Shown: positions 17,106 through 27,761, counted from the stretch's first letter. The stretch: DNA of 64,000 nt from an uncultured virus (IMG/VR IMGVR_UViG_3300046727_000499) (IMGVR_UViG_3300046727_000499), one strand, 5' to 3'. Notes: a model not told the origin generated them from the sequence alone. A program made the numbers and translations.

Positions 17106-18523
17106 TGAGCAAGTGGGGCAGCGCGACGCCGAAGGAACGCGAGGCCGCGCCGCCGTCCATCTTCTGCGGCGAAAACCGTTCTTTCCCGATAGCGGATAAA
17201 GCCGACTTCGATAACGCGGTCCACGCGCTGGGTCGGGCCGGCGGGGATACCGGGAAGATCCGGGCGTGCATGATCCGCAAAGCAAAGGCGAATGGCTGGG
17301 CGCTCCCCGACGCGTGGAAGCCCGTCAAGAAGGACTCCGGCATGAATGACACGCTCGTGATGTTCGGTGGCGCCGTGAAAGCCCTGGGCGATGACCGCGT
17401 CGGTGGGTATCTCGTCACCTACTCCGATGCCGCCAGCCCAGACCTGACGGGCGAGTTCTTCACGAAAGACACCGACTACGATCTCGCGGACGGCGACTCG
17501 CGCTCGGTCTATTACGCGCACGGCCTGGACGACCGGATGGGCGTCAAGAAGATCGGCCGCTTCACTGCCAAGACGGACGCGATCGGCATCTGGGTTGAGG
17601 CACAGCTGAACCTGCGTGACGAATACGAGAAAGCGATCCTTGACCTGGCCGCGAAAGGAAAGCTCGGCTGGTCGTCGGGTGCGCCGGCGCATCTCGTCAC
17701 CCGCAAGGCGGTGGAGACGAAGGACGGCGCGACGGTCCGCGAGATCACCCACTGGCCGATTGCCGAGGGATCGCTCACACCGTGCCCGGCGGAGCCCCGC
17801 AACGGCGCCGTGGCGATGAAATCCTTACCCGCGCTGCTCGGTCTTGAACCGCGCAGACATGTGAAAGCCCTCCCATCCGGCATGTCCTATGACGATCTCC
17901 GCACGCTCCTCCAGGACGAACTCAACGAGGACTTTCCCGACGATGACGATGATCCCGCCAGCTGGAATCGTGGCCTGTGGATTCGTGATGTCTACGATGA
18001 TGCCGTGGTCTATGCCGACGAGGAGGATCTTTTCCGTCGCACCTATCAGGTGACCGCGGGCAATGACATCGTCTGGGGGCCGGAAGAGAGCGTCGTGCGC
18101 GTGACTACCTACGTCACTGCCACGGACGTTGACGACGCCGGCGAGGGCGACGGCGGCGATCTGACCATGACCATGCCGAAGGGTCTCAACCACGGCGTCG
18201 CGCCTGCTGCGATGCCGTTTGAGAAGCACCTCGCATCCGCGCTTGCTGCGGTGGACGGTGTGATCCAACGCGGGTTCGCGATCAACGAACTCCGCATCAA
18301 GTCCGGGCGTGTGTTCTCCGCAGTGAATCGGAAGAAGCTCCAGGAGATGCACACCCAGATGCAAACGGCACACGCCGCGATGGGGACGCACATCGCCACG
18401 ATGCAGGCGCTCCTCAACGACACCGAACCACCGGCGAAGAAGCACGCCGCGGTCGAGCAAATCTACCTGCGCATGCTCGCACGCGAGGCAGAAGCCCTCG
18501 GCGTTGCCATCTCCGCCTCATGA
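17102..18523 (+). CDS. Prohead protease / scaffold with extra N-terminal domain
   Basis: Y.HG, GIWVEAQL, LGWSSG, E.SLT..PAEPR; between portal and capsid. Confidence 0.85.
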   Translation: MMSKWGSATPKEREAAPPSIFCGENRSFPIADKADFDNAVHALGRAGGDTGKIRACMIRKAKANGWALPDAWKPVKKDSGMNDTLVMFGGAVKALGDDRVGGYLVTYSDAASPDLTGEFFTKDTDYDLADGDSRSVYYAHGLDDRMGVKKIGRFTAKTDAIGIWVEAQLNLRDEYEKAILDLAAKGKLGWSSGAPAHLVTRKAVETKDGATVREITHWPIAEGSLTPCPAEPRNGAVAMKSLPALLGLEPRRHVKALPSGMSYDDLRTLLQDELNEDFPDDDDDPASWNRGLWIRDVYDDAVVYADEEDLFRRTYQVTAGNDIVWGPEESVVRVTTYVTATDVDDAGEGDGGDLTMTMPKGLNHGVAPAAMPFEKHLASALAAVDGVIQRGFAINELRIKSGRVFSAVNRKKLQEMHTQMQTAHAAMGTHIATMQALLNDTEPPAKKHAAVEQIYLRMLAREAEALGVAISAS

Positions 18524-18538
18524 CGAAAGGGAACCGCG

Positions 18539-19795
18539 ATGCCGACCTTGCTTGAACTGGGCCGCGAACTGGAGCAGAAGCGCGGCGAGATGAAGAAGTT
18601 CTTTGACGATCACCGCAAAGTCATCAATGGCTCCGTCGAGTACGACATGACCGCCGAAGAGACCGCGGAAGTCCGCCGGCGTGAGGCGGAACTCGCCCCG
18701 CTGCATGACGCCTTCAAGGAAGCCGAGCACCTGGCCGCCATCGACCGCGACAATCAGAAGGCCGTCGACGATCTCGGGCGCATCGTCCGTCCCGTGCCAT
18801 TCGGCGCCGGCGGCGAAGGCGCGGAACCGGGGAACACGCCAGCCACAAAGTCGCTCGGTGAGCGGTTCGTGAACAGCGAGGCATACAAGACGTGGAAGCA
18901 CCGCGGCGGCCAGCAAGTCGCGTTTTTCGAGGCGCCGGAGCAACTCGGCTTCGCGGGCAAGACGACGTTCACGACGGCCGTCTCCACGCTGACTGAGTAT
19001 GACCGGCAGCCCGGCATGATCATGCTCGGGCAGCAGGCGCTCACCATTGCCGATCTGATCGCGCAGGGTGAGACCACGATGAACACGATTCGCTATGTCC
19101 GTGAAGACACCTACACCAATGCGGCCACCACCGTCGCTGAGGGGAATACGAAGCCGGAAGCAGCCTTCGACACCTCCGAGGTGGACGCGCCCGTGCGCAA
19201 GATCGCCGTGACCGCGAAGGTTACCGACGAGATGTTCGCGGACTTCCCCGTCATCCGCGACTACGTCGATAACCGCATCCGCTTCATGGTCGGGCAGCAG
19301 GAGGAGGCGCAGATCCTCCTCGGGAACGGCACCCCGCCGAACATCCAGGGCATCGAGACGACCTCGGGCATTCAAACGCAAGCCCTCGGCACCGATCCGA
19401 TTCCCGACGCCGTCTTCAAGGCGATCACCAAGATCGCGGCCGTCGGGTTCTTCCAGGCCGATGGGGTTGTCTTCAATCCGCTCGACTGGCAGAACGTCAA
19501 GTTGCTCAAGACCGCGGACGGGATCTACATCTGGGGTCATCCCGCCGACGCCGGTCCGAATCGTCTCTGGGGCTTGCCGGTGGTCGCCACCGTCGCGCAG
19601 ACCCAGCACACGGCCTTCGTTGGCGCCTTCAAACTGGGCGCGCAGGTCTTCCGTCGCCAGGGCATCACCGTCGAGACGACGAACTCGAACGTGGACGATT
19701 TCGTGAAAAATCTGATAACAATCAGGGCAGAAGAGAGACTTGCTCTGGCAGTATATAGGCCGCTCGCGTTCTGTACGGTGACAGGTCTTCCCTAG
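18539..19795 (+). CDS. Major capsid protein, HK97 fold
   Basis: VAEG..KPE, L.GNG, NP.DW..., IRAEERLALAVYRP.AF. Confidence 0.95.
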   Translation: MPTLLELGRELEQKRGEMKKFFDDHRKVINGSVEYDMTAEETAEVRRREAELAPLHDAFKEAEHLAAIDRDNQKAVDDLGRIVRPVPFGAGGEGAEPGNTPATKSLGERFVNSEAYKTWKHRGGQQVAFFEAPEQLGFAGKTTFTTAVSTLTEYDRQPGMIMLGQQALTIADLIAQGETTMNTIRYVREDTYTNAATTVAEGNTKPEAAFDTSEVDAPVRKIAVTAKVTDEMFADFPVIRDYVDNRIRFMVGQQEEAQILLGNGTPPNIQGIETTSGIQTQALGTDPIPDAVFKAITKIAAVGFFQADGVVFNPLDWQNVKLLKTADGIYIWGHPADAGPNRLWGLPVVATVAQTQHTAFVGAFKLGAQVFRRQGITVETTNSNVDDFVKNLITIRAEERLALAVYRPLAFCTVTGLP

Positions 19796-19841
19796 TTAGT
19801 TGTGCGATACTAAGCAGCTCATCTCCTGAAAGGAGCGTTGC

Positions 19842-20087
19842 ATGTCCTATATGCCTGCCAATGCGCCGAACACGCAGCCCGGATCGCGCCAGCGCATGAG
19901 CGCGAAGACGACCGGCGCCGGCGTTGCGGACTTCACCGCGGCGGGTGCGCCGGCCGCCAATGCGCTCGCGGGTACGTGTGCCGTTGGTGACCGGTATACC
20001 GACACGACCGGGGGGAAGCTCTATATTTGCACAGCCACAAACGGCACGACGACGTCCACGTGGGTAAGCGTAGGATCGCAGACGTGA
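19842..20087 (+). CDS. Small virion (possible decoration) protein
   Basis: Follows capsid; G..YTDTT.G.LYICTA; homolog at 58014-58253. Confidence 0.65.
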   Translation: MSYMPANAPNTQPGSRQRMSAKTTGAGVADFTAAGAPAANALAGTCAVGDRYTDTTGGKLYICTATNGTTTSTWVSVGSQT

Positions 20088-20434
20088 GTCCCCGCCTTTG
20101 GCACGGGCCCGCGTCTAGCGTCCGCGACCCACTCGGGAAACATGAGCAATCGCGAACTGGCGGGTCGGTGACGATCCGCCAGACTACCCAGGAGACACCG
20201 ATGTACACGTCTGAAACCGCGGTGTATGCGAATAGCGACGGAGAAGTCGTCCCTGAGGATAGCCCCGACGCCGCGTACCTCGTCGTTGCCGCTGGCGGCA
20301 CAATCACGGACGAGGAGGCTGCCAAGTACGGCCTGACCGATGACGGCGCGGCAAAGCGGAAAAGCGATGACGCTCCGGCCGATGCGCCCGCTGACGCCCC
20401 CGGATCCGCGGGCCCAAAGACCACGAAGAAATAG
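20084..20434 (+). CDS. Hypothetical head-module protein
   Basis: GTGA overlap; VRDPLGKHE conserved with synonymous changes in 58250-58633. Confidence 0.65.
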   Translation: MSPRLWHGPASSVRDPLGKHEQSRTGGSVTIRQTTQETPMYTSETAVYANSDGEVVPEDSPDAAYLVVAAGGTITDEEAAKYGLTDDGAAKRKSDDAPADAPADAPGSAGPKTTKK

Positions 20435-20443
20435 GACAGCCGC

Positions 20444-20977
20444 ATGAGCGTGCCCACCGACATCCACGACGCCGTCGCCGCCCTGGTCGAGCCGACCATC
20501 GATCCGGTCCTCACCGATGCGGAGATCGACGCGGCGATCCTGCGGACGATGGGCTTTCGCACGTGGGAGCCGGCGACGACGTATCCCGCGGGCATCCTCG
20601 TCACGCCCACGATGCCGAATGGCTGGGCCTACGCGCCCATCAGCCATTCCGGCTGGAGCGATTGGGACTCGGGATACACGGCGGGTGTGCTGCCCGGTGT
20701 CTCGGGTGATACGGAGCCGGTCTGGGTGGTGCCCGCGACGATCAGCAATCCCGCCGCGTTTGTCGCGGACGGGACGATCACCTGGACGGCAGCGGTCCCC
20801 ACCAGTGGCACCTACGATGTGAAGGCGGCCGCCGCGGAATGTTGGCGTGCCAAAGCGCGGAAGGCCGCGAATCGCGTTGACAGCGCCATTAGCGGGGCGG
20901 TCAGCGCACGCGAGAGCCAACTCGCCGCACAGTGTCTCGAGCAAGCCCAGCGACTGGAGCCCGTGCGCATGTACTGA
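20444..20977 (+). CDS. Head-tail connector/adaptor
   Basis: P.LTDAEID...YDV..AAAE.WR.KA; synteny. Confidence 0.7.
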   Translation: MSVPTDIHDAVAALVEPTIDPVLTDAEIDAAILRTMGFRTWEPATTYPAGILVTPTMPNGWAYAPISHSGWSDWDSGYTAGVLPGVSGDTEPVWVVPATISNPAAFVADGTITWTAAVPTSGTYDVKAAAAECWRAKARKAANRVDSAISGAVSARESQLAAQCLEQAQRLEPVRMY

Positions 20978-20991
20978 CGGAGGGCTGCCTG

Positions 20992-21360
20992 ATGGTTGTG
21001 CCGTACATCCCCGTCGATCGGTGGGAGCGGTTTCGCGCACTCGATGAGCGGGCGATGCCCGACACGGCGCAACTCCAGAGCCCCACGCCCATTGACGATG
21101 GCGCGGGTGGCTCAGAGATCGGCTGGTCCACGACCGCCACGGTGCCCTGCCGCATCGCGGGGCTGACGCAAGGCGACGCGGAGGCGGTGATCGCCGATGT
21201 GGAAAAGACGGAAACGCTGTACAAGATCACCATCCCCGTCCGTACCACCGTGACGCCCGAGCAGCGCATCCTCGTCGGTGCGCGCCGGTTCCAGATCCTG
21301 ACCATTCCGAACGGCACATACGACACCAGCGGCGCGATCATTTGCAAGGAGGTCATCTAG
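20992..21360 (+). CDS. Head closure / head-tail adaptor
   Basis: DDG.GG....W.T.ATVPCRI; RI......FQI. Confidence 0.75.
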   Translation: MVVPYIPVDRWERFRALDERAMPDTAQLQSPTPIDDGAGGSEIGWSTTATVPCRIAGLTQGDAEAVIADVEKTETLYKITIPVRTTVTPEQRILVGARRFQILTIPNGTYDTSGAIICKEVI

Positions 21361-21539
21361 TGGCACAGGAGCAGATGGTCATCATCGAGCACGACGAGTC
21401 ACACGAGCAGTACGCGGTCACCGTCGAAGATTACGAGCGGGAGAAAGCCGGCGCGTACGCCGGCTACTCGGTCGTCTCAAACGAGGACGGAACGCCGGTC
21501 GACGAGCCCGCCGAGGACGCAGCGAAGGCGGAGGCATAG
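21360..21539 (+). CDS. Small acidic hypothetical protein
   Basis: GGAGG SD, GTG start, fills the operon gap. Confidence 0.5.
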   Translation: MAQEQMVIIEHDESHEQYAVTVEDYEREKAGAYAGYSVVSNEDGTPVDEPAEDAAKAEA

Positions 21540-21541
21540 CC

Positions 21542-21883
21542 ATGCCGAGCGGCGTGCGCATCGAGGTCATCCGCAACGACTTCGCGAAGATCGCCGCGCG
21601 CCTGCCCGCGGCCGTTGACCCGATTGTCGCGGAGTCCGCGGCGGCGGTCGAGAATGCCTGGAAGGCGGGCGTCCATGTCCGCACCGGGCGGTACCGCGAC
21701 AGCATCCACACGACGCGCACGGGCGCTGGCGCCTACACCGTGACGACGGATGTCGAGTACGCGGTCTATCAGGAGTTCGGCACGCGGCGCATGGCGGCAC
21801 ACCCGGCGATGGTGCCGGCGGTGGAACGGGAGCAGCAGCGCTTCATCGGCCGCCTCTCGCACCTTGAGAGCGGGTTGCAATAG
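21542..21883 (+). CDS. HK97 gp10-like tail completion protein
   Basis: VRTG..RDSI, YA.YQEFGTRRM.AHP.M.PA. Confidence 0.85.
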   Translation: MPSGVRIEVIRNDFAKIAARLPAAVDPIVAESAAAVENAWKAGVHVRTGRYRDSIHTTRTGAGAYTVTTDVEYAVYQEFGTRRMAAHPAMVPAVEREQQRFIGRLSHLESGLQ

Positions 21884-22299
21884 TGGCGACTATCGTCACG
21901 GCCGAGAAGTGGATTGCCAGCACGCTCAAGGGCGATTCCGTCTATATGGGCGCGAGTCCGGGTGGCGTCTATCGCGTCCAAGCGCCGCAGAGCTCCGTCT
22001 TGCCGGCAACCGTCTTCCAGAACCAGGGCGGCGGGTCCGTCAGCGTCTCCGAGGTCGCCGGCGTGCGCATCATGGCGAACGCACTCTATCTCATCAAGCT
22101 CATCGACGCGAAAAACTCCATCGTCGCGCTTGAGGCGGGCGCGAACCGGATGTATACGCTCCTGCACCGCAAGAGCGCCACGGTCGCGGGCGGGTTGGTC
22201 CTTTCGTCCGTGCAGGAAAACGAATACGTGCAGTTCTACGAGGACGGGGACCAGGACTTCGTGGAACTCGGACACATGTTTCGCCTCCTCCTCCAATAG
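21883..22299 (+). CDS. Tail terminator-like protein
   Basis: Synteny between gp10-like and tail tube genes. Confidence 0.65.
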   Translation: MATIVTAEKWIASTLKGDSVYMGASPGGVYRVQAPQSSVLPATVFQNQGGGSVSVSEVAGVRIMANALYLIKLIDAKNSIVALEAGANRMYTLLHRKSATVAGGLVLSSVQENEYVQFYEDGDQDFVELGHMFRLLLQ

Positions 22300-22362
22300 T
22301 CCGATGGCTCACATTCGTCTTGCCCGCGTCTGCGGGGTAGTTGCTTTGCAAGGAGAACGCAG

Positions 22363-23649
22363 ATGCCGGAGCGAACTGTTGTCACAGAGTTAGTACAGTG
22401 TGGTGTGGAAAGTGTTATTGGGACGCTCGTCCCAGCGACGAAGCGCCTCAGCTCGCTCTCGATCGCGCCCGACATCCAGGGCACCGTCACGAAGTTCGCG
22501 CCGATGGGCACGAAGTTCGACACGCTCAACGTGCTCGGCAAAGAATGGACGGAGTCGGCGATTGATGGCCCGCTGACGTACGACGAGAGCATCTATGTCC
22601 TCTCGACCTTCTTCGCGATGACCCCCGGCGTCCAGATCGGCACGACGGGCGCCTACACCTGGGGCTTCGACATCGCCTCGTCGGCGCCGGATACCGTCAA
22701 GTCGCTCTCCATCGAGCGCGGCTCATCGGTCGGCGCCGAGACGGTTGCGGGGAATGTGGCGCGGGCGCTGAACATCCTCGTCACGCGCGATGAGGCGACC
22801 TTCAAGGGAACGCTGATGGGCAAGCTGACGACGACGGGGGCGACGCTGACGCCGTCCGTGAACGACGTCAAGAGCCTGCACGCCGTGGCCGCGGTCACCG
22901 GCGGCACCTTCACGATTGCGGCAGGCGGGAACACCACGACAGCGATCACGGGCGCGACGGCGACGGCGACGACCGTGCAGGCGGCGCTCAACACCGCGAC
23001 ACCAAACGCCATCCCCTATACCGCCGTCGGTGGCAACCTCGCGACGCCGACCGATATTGTCTGCACCGCCTTCGGCACCGGCGTCCAACCCGCCTGGACG
23101 ATCACGCCGACCGGCATCACCGGCGGTCCCGTCAGCGTTGTCCAGGGCGCCGCCGGCGCGGGCCCGAATCCGCTGCCACTGATTCCCGTCCTGCCGCAGC
23201 AGTTCGATGTCTACCTTGACAACAGTGCGGCGGCGCTCGGCACGACGAAACTGCTCCGCGCACTTTCCGTTGAGTTGGACATGGCCGACCGGTTCAATCC
23301 GCTCTGGGCGATCAACAGCGCGAACACGTCGTATGCCACCACCTATGAGACGAAAATCAAGCCGCAGGTGAAGATGCAGATGGAGCGCGACGCGGCGGGC
23401 ATGGCGCTGGTCGCGGCGATGCGCGCCGGCCAGACGCGGTACATGCGCCTGAAGGCGACGGGGAGCGCGATCGGCACGGCCGCCTACGGCTTCTCGCTCG
23501 ACATGGCGCTCCAGGTCTCGGACGCGCCGGCATTCGATGACAAAGACGGACTGTCCACGCTCTCATGGACGCTCGATCTCGTCCACGATCCGACCTGGGC
23601 GAAGGCGATCCATCTTGACATCGTGAACACTCAGGCGAGTCTGGGCTAG
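22363..23649 (+). CDS. Major tail tube protein with inserted beta-rich domain
   Basis: Size and position before tail chaperones; Thr/Gly-rich central insert. Confidence 0.75.
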   Translation: MPERTVVTELVQCGVESVIGTLVPATKRLSSLSIAPDIQGTVTKFAPMGTKFDTLNVLGKEWTESAIDGPLTYDESIYVLSTFFAMTPGVQIGTTGAYTWGFDIASSAPDTVKSLSIERGSSVGAETVAGNVARALNILVTRDEATFKGTLMGKLTTTGATLTPSVNDVKSLHAVAAVTGGTFTIAAGGNTTTAITGATATATTVQAALNTATPNAIPYTAVGGNLATPTDIVCTAFGTGVQPAWTITPTGITGGPVSVVQGAAGAGPNPLPLIPVLPQQFDVYLDNSAAALGTTKLLRALSVELDMADRFNPLWAINSANTSYATTYETKIKPQVKMQMERDAAGMALVAAMRAGQTRYMRLKATGSAIGTAAYGFSLDMALQVSDAPAFDDKDGLSTLSWTLDLVHDPTWAKAIHLDIVNTQASLG

Positions 23650-23658
23650 GAGTCAACT

Positions 23659-24209
23659 TTGAAACTCAGCCAGTTAGTCGAGGATCGCCGCACGGTGACG
23701 ATCCCCATCGGATCGGGCGAGCTCACGCTCGGCTATACACCCGCTGGCGTGACACCGCGCATGTACGCGATGGCCGAAGCAGTGCAGCAGCACCCGGAAA
23801 ACCGCGGCGCCGAAGTCACATTCCTCGTGAAGTTGCTGCTCGACATGGTGACCGACTGGGACGTGACTGACGACGACGATGCACCGCTGCCGATCACGGA
23901 AGGAACGCTCCTGGACATGCCGGTGCCGATCCTCATGAAGATACTGGACGCGATCGGGGCGGACATTGCCGTCCCAAACGCGTCCAGCGCGCCCTCCGGG
24001 TCTGGCTCGTCACCGGCGGGCTCGCAGGACGCGCTCCCCTCTGGTATCTCGTCATTCGCGCGGGTCGGTACTTAGGCGTCGATCCGCGCTCACTCGCGGA
24101 CGAGTCGATGGTCTGGGTGCATCGCGCGCTCACCGCCGAATCGGTCGAGGCGCAGGCACGCGCCGAGTTGGAGCGCCGTACCGCAAGCGGTTCGCGCTTT
24201 CGAAGCTAA
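23659..24209 (+). CDS. Tail assembly chaperone G (stop 24075) and GT via -1 frameshift
   Basis: Slippery C-CCA-AAC at 23973-23979; -1 frame open to TAA at 24207-24209. Confidence 0.8.
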
Positions 24210-24218
24210 GAGGGAACT

Positions 24219-26834
24219 GTGCCAATCCAAGCCGCCGAACTCAAAGCGGTCATCACCGCAGATACCTCGCAGGCTGAGAGCGGCATCTCCGGGTTCGGCA
24301 GCAAGCTGGCCGGCCTCGGCACGGCCATCTCCGGTGGCACCGCGCTGATCGGCACGGCCCTCGCCGGCGTCGGTATCGCTGGCGTCAAGATGGCGTCGGA
24401 TCTCCAGACCAGCGTCGCCAATATCAGCAGCATCAAGCCCGACATTGATACGTCCGCTGTCTTCAATAGCCTCGGCGAGATCAGTACGCGCGTACCGCAG
24501 TCGGCGCAATCGCTCGCGGACGGGCTCTACAACATCTTCTCCTCGATTGACATCACGCAGGGAGACGCCCTCAAACTCGTCGAGACGTTCGGCAAGGGCG
24601 CGACCGCGGCGCAGACGGATGTCAACACGTTCGGCACGGCGGTGATGGGCATCATGAACGCCTACGGGCAATCCGTCGGCGACGCCGCGCATGATTCCGA
24701 TGTCTTTTTCAATACGGTGAAAGCCGGTGTCGTGACGGGTCCGGAACTCGCGGCGAACCTCGGCATGGTGACGCAATCCGCGAAGGGCGCGGGCATCGGC
24801 TTCGATGAGTTGGGCGCGCTGATCGTCGGCGTGACGAAAGAGGGCGGGCCGGCCGCGCAGAATATCAATAACCTTTCAAACCTGCTCCAGAAGATCCACA
24901 CGCCCGATGCGACGAAGGGCTTTCAAGCTCTCGGCATCGCCACCACGGACACAGCGGGCAAGTTTCGCAGCGTGACCGACGTGATGGGCGATCTGCAAAC
25001 GCGGCTCGGGACGATGACCGAGGCGCAGCGCAACGCCTATATCCAGAAGATTTTCCCCGATCTGCAGGCCCAGACCGCCGCGCGTGTCCTGATGGGAGAA
25101 CTCGACAGCGTGCGCACCGCGCTCCAGGAGAACGCGGACGGGGCGGGCAGCACCGAGGCCGCCTATCAGAAGATGAGCCAGACCGCGTCGGCGCAGTTCC
25201 AGTTGCTGAAGAACACCGGCGTACGCGTGCTGACGCAGTTGGGCGCGGCGATCCTGCCGGTGATTACGCCGCTCCTCGTCGCCTTCAATCAGCAGTTGCC
25301 CGGCGCAATCAAAGCGTTCCAGGCCGCGACCGAAGGCGCGGGCGGTGGCGCCGGCCTGACCAAGTTGCAGACGATTGCCTTCGCGCTCGGCAAGGCCTTC
25401 CAGTTCGTGCGCGATAGCGTGCTGACGTTCGTGCAGGCGCTCCAGGGCAACTGGACGGATGCGCCGGGCATCGTCGGCTTCCAGGCGGCGCTCGGCAATC
25501 TCGGACTGTTCATTCGCAACGTCGTCATCCCGGCCGTGCAGGCGTTCGCGGCGTGGGTGACAGGGTCGCTGATCCCCGCGATCCAGCAGGCGGCCGCCTT
25601 CATCAGCGCCAACGTCATTCCGGCGCTGCAGCAGTTCAGCGCCTGGTTCATGGCCGTGGGCCTGCCGGCCATCCAGCAGTTCGCGGCACAGGTACAGACC
25701 TTCTTCCGGGATCAGATCGTGCCGGCGATCGAGGCGGTCGCGAAGACCGTCCTGCCGATGCTGGCGCAGGCGTGGCAGACGATCTCGACCGAGATCATTC
25801 CGACCGTCGTGGCGATCGCGACGACGGTGAAGAACAACTTCCAGGCGATCGCCGACTTCATTACGGCACACGGAGAAGCGATCAAGAACATCATCTCCGG
25901 CGTCTGGACCATCATCAGCGCGACGATCGGCAACGAACTGAACATCATTTCCAATGCGATTGCCCTCGTGATGAATCTGATCCAGGGCGACTGGGGCGGT
26001 GCCTGGCAGAACGTGCAGAACATCGTCACCGGCATCTGGAACACGATGCAGACGCTCGCCGGCGTCTGGATGGACGCGCTGCATGCGATTGTCGGCACGG
26101 GGATGGATGCGATCAAGGCGCTGATCCAGACCGCGTGGGACGGCATCAAGAGCGCGGCGCAATCCGCGTGGGACGGCATCCAATCGCTGATCGAGACGGC
26201 ACTGAACGCGATCCAGACGACGGCGCAGTCGGTCTGGGACGGAATCAAATCGGCGGCACAATCCGCGTGGGATGGCATCAAAACGGCGGCGAGCAATGGG
26301 CTGGATGGCATCCGTGGTGTGCTTTCGGACGCGATCGGTTGGGCGGCCAGCCTCGCGACGAGCATCGGCAGCGCCATCGTTGACGGCATGGTCAACGGCG
26401 TGCGCGGTGCCGCGGGCCGGCTCGCGGGGGCGGCGCGCGATGCGGTTGGTGGCGCATTAGGTGCGGCGAAAGCCTTCATCCAGCCCGGTTCACCATCGCG
26501 TCTCTTCGCCAATGAGATCGGCATCCCCATCGCACAGGGCATTGCCAGGGGGATCGCAACCGGCGCTGGCGACATCAGCAATGCCCTTACCCGCGCGACC
26601 GCGCCGCAGTCCTTCGCCTTTTCCACCGGCGCGCTCGGCGGGCTGACGCCGGCGGGGGCAGGAGCGTCCAGCCGAGGTGGCGGGGCAAGTCCGGTCACGG
26701 TGACGCTCGCACCGGGCGCGGTGCAGGTCTATGGCGCCGCCGGGCAGAGCGAGGAATCGATCGCAAACCGTGTGATTGACAAGCTCAGCAACGTCTTCAC
26801 CATCACCGGCCGCCAATACGGCCTCAGCATGTAA
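24219..26834 (+). CDS. Tape measure protein
   Basis: 871 aa Ala-rich helical protein with W/F-spaced 11-aa repeats. Confidence 0.95.
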   Translation: MPIQAAELKAVITADTSQAESGISGFGSKLAGLGTAISGGTALIGTALAGVGIAGVKMASDLQTSVANISSIKPDIDTSAVFNSLGEISTRVPQSAQSLADGLYNIFSSIDITQGDALKLVETFGKGATAAQTDVNTFGTAVMGIMNAYGQSVGDAAHDSDVFFNTVKAGVVTGPELAANLGMVTQSAKGAGIGFDELGALIVGVTKEGGPAAQNINNLSNLLQKIHTPDATKGFQALGIATTDTAGKFRSVTDVMGDLQTRLGTMTEAQRNAYIQKIFPDLQAQTAARVLMGELDSVRTALQENADGAGSTEAAYQKMSQTASAQFQLLKNTGVRVLTQLGAAILPVITPLLVAFNQQLPGAIKAFQAATEGAGGGAGLTKLQTIAFALGKAFQFVRDSVLTFVQALQGNWTDAPGIVGFQAALGNLGLFIRNVVIPAVQAFAAWVTGSLIPAIQQAAAFISANVIPALQQFSAWFMAVGLPAIQQFAAQVQTFFRDQIVPAIEAVAKTVLPMLAQAWQTISTEIIPTVVAIATTVKNNFQAIADFITAHGEAIKNIISGVWTIISATIGNELNIISNAIALVMNLIQGDWGGAWQNVQNIVTGIWNTMQTLAGVWMDALHAIVGTGMDAIKALIQTAWDGIKSAAQSAWDGIQSLIETALNAIQTTAQSVWDGIKSAAQSAWDGIKTAASNGLDGIRGVLSDAIGWAASLATSIGSAIVDGMVNGVRGAAGRLAGAARDAVGGALGAAKAFIQPGSPSRLFANEIGIPIAQGIARGIATGAGDISNALTRATAPQSFAFSTGALGGLTPAGAGASSRGGGASPVTVTLAPGAVQVYGAAGQSEESIANRVIDKLSNVFTITGRQYGLSM

Positions 26835-26845
26835 GGGGCGGAGTC

Positions 26846-27745
26846 ATGTCCAATATCCGCACCCTCACGACGATCACGGACCTGGTGGTCGGCACCACCT
26901 ATGCGGTCTCCGCGCTCGAGCAGCACGTCAAGATGCCGTGGAGCCGGCGGCAGACGTCGCTCACGCTCGGCGACGCGCCGGGCGCGTGGGATCCCCGGCT
27001 CCACGGCTCGGCGCCCGTAGACGCGCGCACGATCGATGTCGAGCTCACGGTCAAGTACGACGCCACCATCACGGATTTTACGGCGGCATGGAGCGCCTTT
27101 CTGCGCGGGCCGGGAACCGGCGTCCTCGTGCAGCTGACCTTCGTCGAACCGAACGGGGTGTCGTGGTACGCGGACGCGAAGTGTATCAGCGCGGACATGG
27201 AAACGCTGACCGACTATTTCTCCTACTGCGTGATCCCGGCGAGCTTCTTCCTCGCCAGTCCCTATCTCTATCTGGCGGACGCGACGCCGCGCGCGGACAG
27301 CGGCCTCAATGCGGACGCGGGCAGCACGGCCGACGCTGTCAATCCAACGACAACCATCACGAGTAACTCCACGACGATGACCTTCACGAACCCAGGGACA
27401 TTGCCGGACGAGGGTGCGAAGCTCCTGTTGGCAGGACCGCTGGCGGCGCCAATCACGGTAACGAACTTCAACGCGGCGACCTACAACCGGGAGAACGGCA
27501 CCTATCGCACCCTTTCCTACGCGCTGCCGCTCGCAGCGGGCGAAACCCTGACCGTCGACAGCGGCACCGGCGATGTCCTGAGCAGCAGCATCGGATCAGC
27601 GGCATATCCATACTTCACGTCTGATAACGCCACGGTCTCCGCGCTGCCGATCGGTCCGGGCAGTAACCAACTCCTCGTCACGACCGGGAGCGCGAGCGGG
27701 CAGAACGGCCGCGTCACCGTGGTGTACCGGCCCCTGACATTATAG
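26846..27745 (+). CDS. Distal tail protein-like
   Basis: Follows TMP; L.VDSG.G, L.IGPG.NQL C-terminal pattern. Confidence 0.7.
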   Translation: MSNIRTLTTITDLVVGTTYAVSALEQHVKMPWSRRQTSLTLGDAPGAWDPRLHGSAPVDARTIDVELTVKYDATITDFTAAWSAFLRGPGTGVLVQLTFVEPNGVSWYADAKCISADMETLTDYFSYCVIPASFFLASPYLYLADATPRADSGLNADAGSTADAVNPTTTITSNSTTMTFTNPGTLPDEGAKLLLAGPLAAPITVTNFNAATYNRENGTYRTLSYALPLAAGETLTVDSGTGDVLSSSIGSAAYPYFTSDNATVSALPIGPGSNQLLVTTGSASGQNGRVTVVYRPLTL

Positions 27746-27761
27746 GAATCGAGGCACCTGG

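Noticed and set aside
26100..26300. 33-bp periodic repeats
   Set aside because: Normal 11-aa tape measure protein repeats
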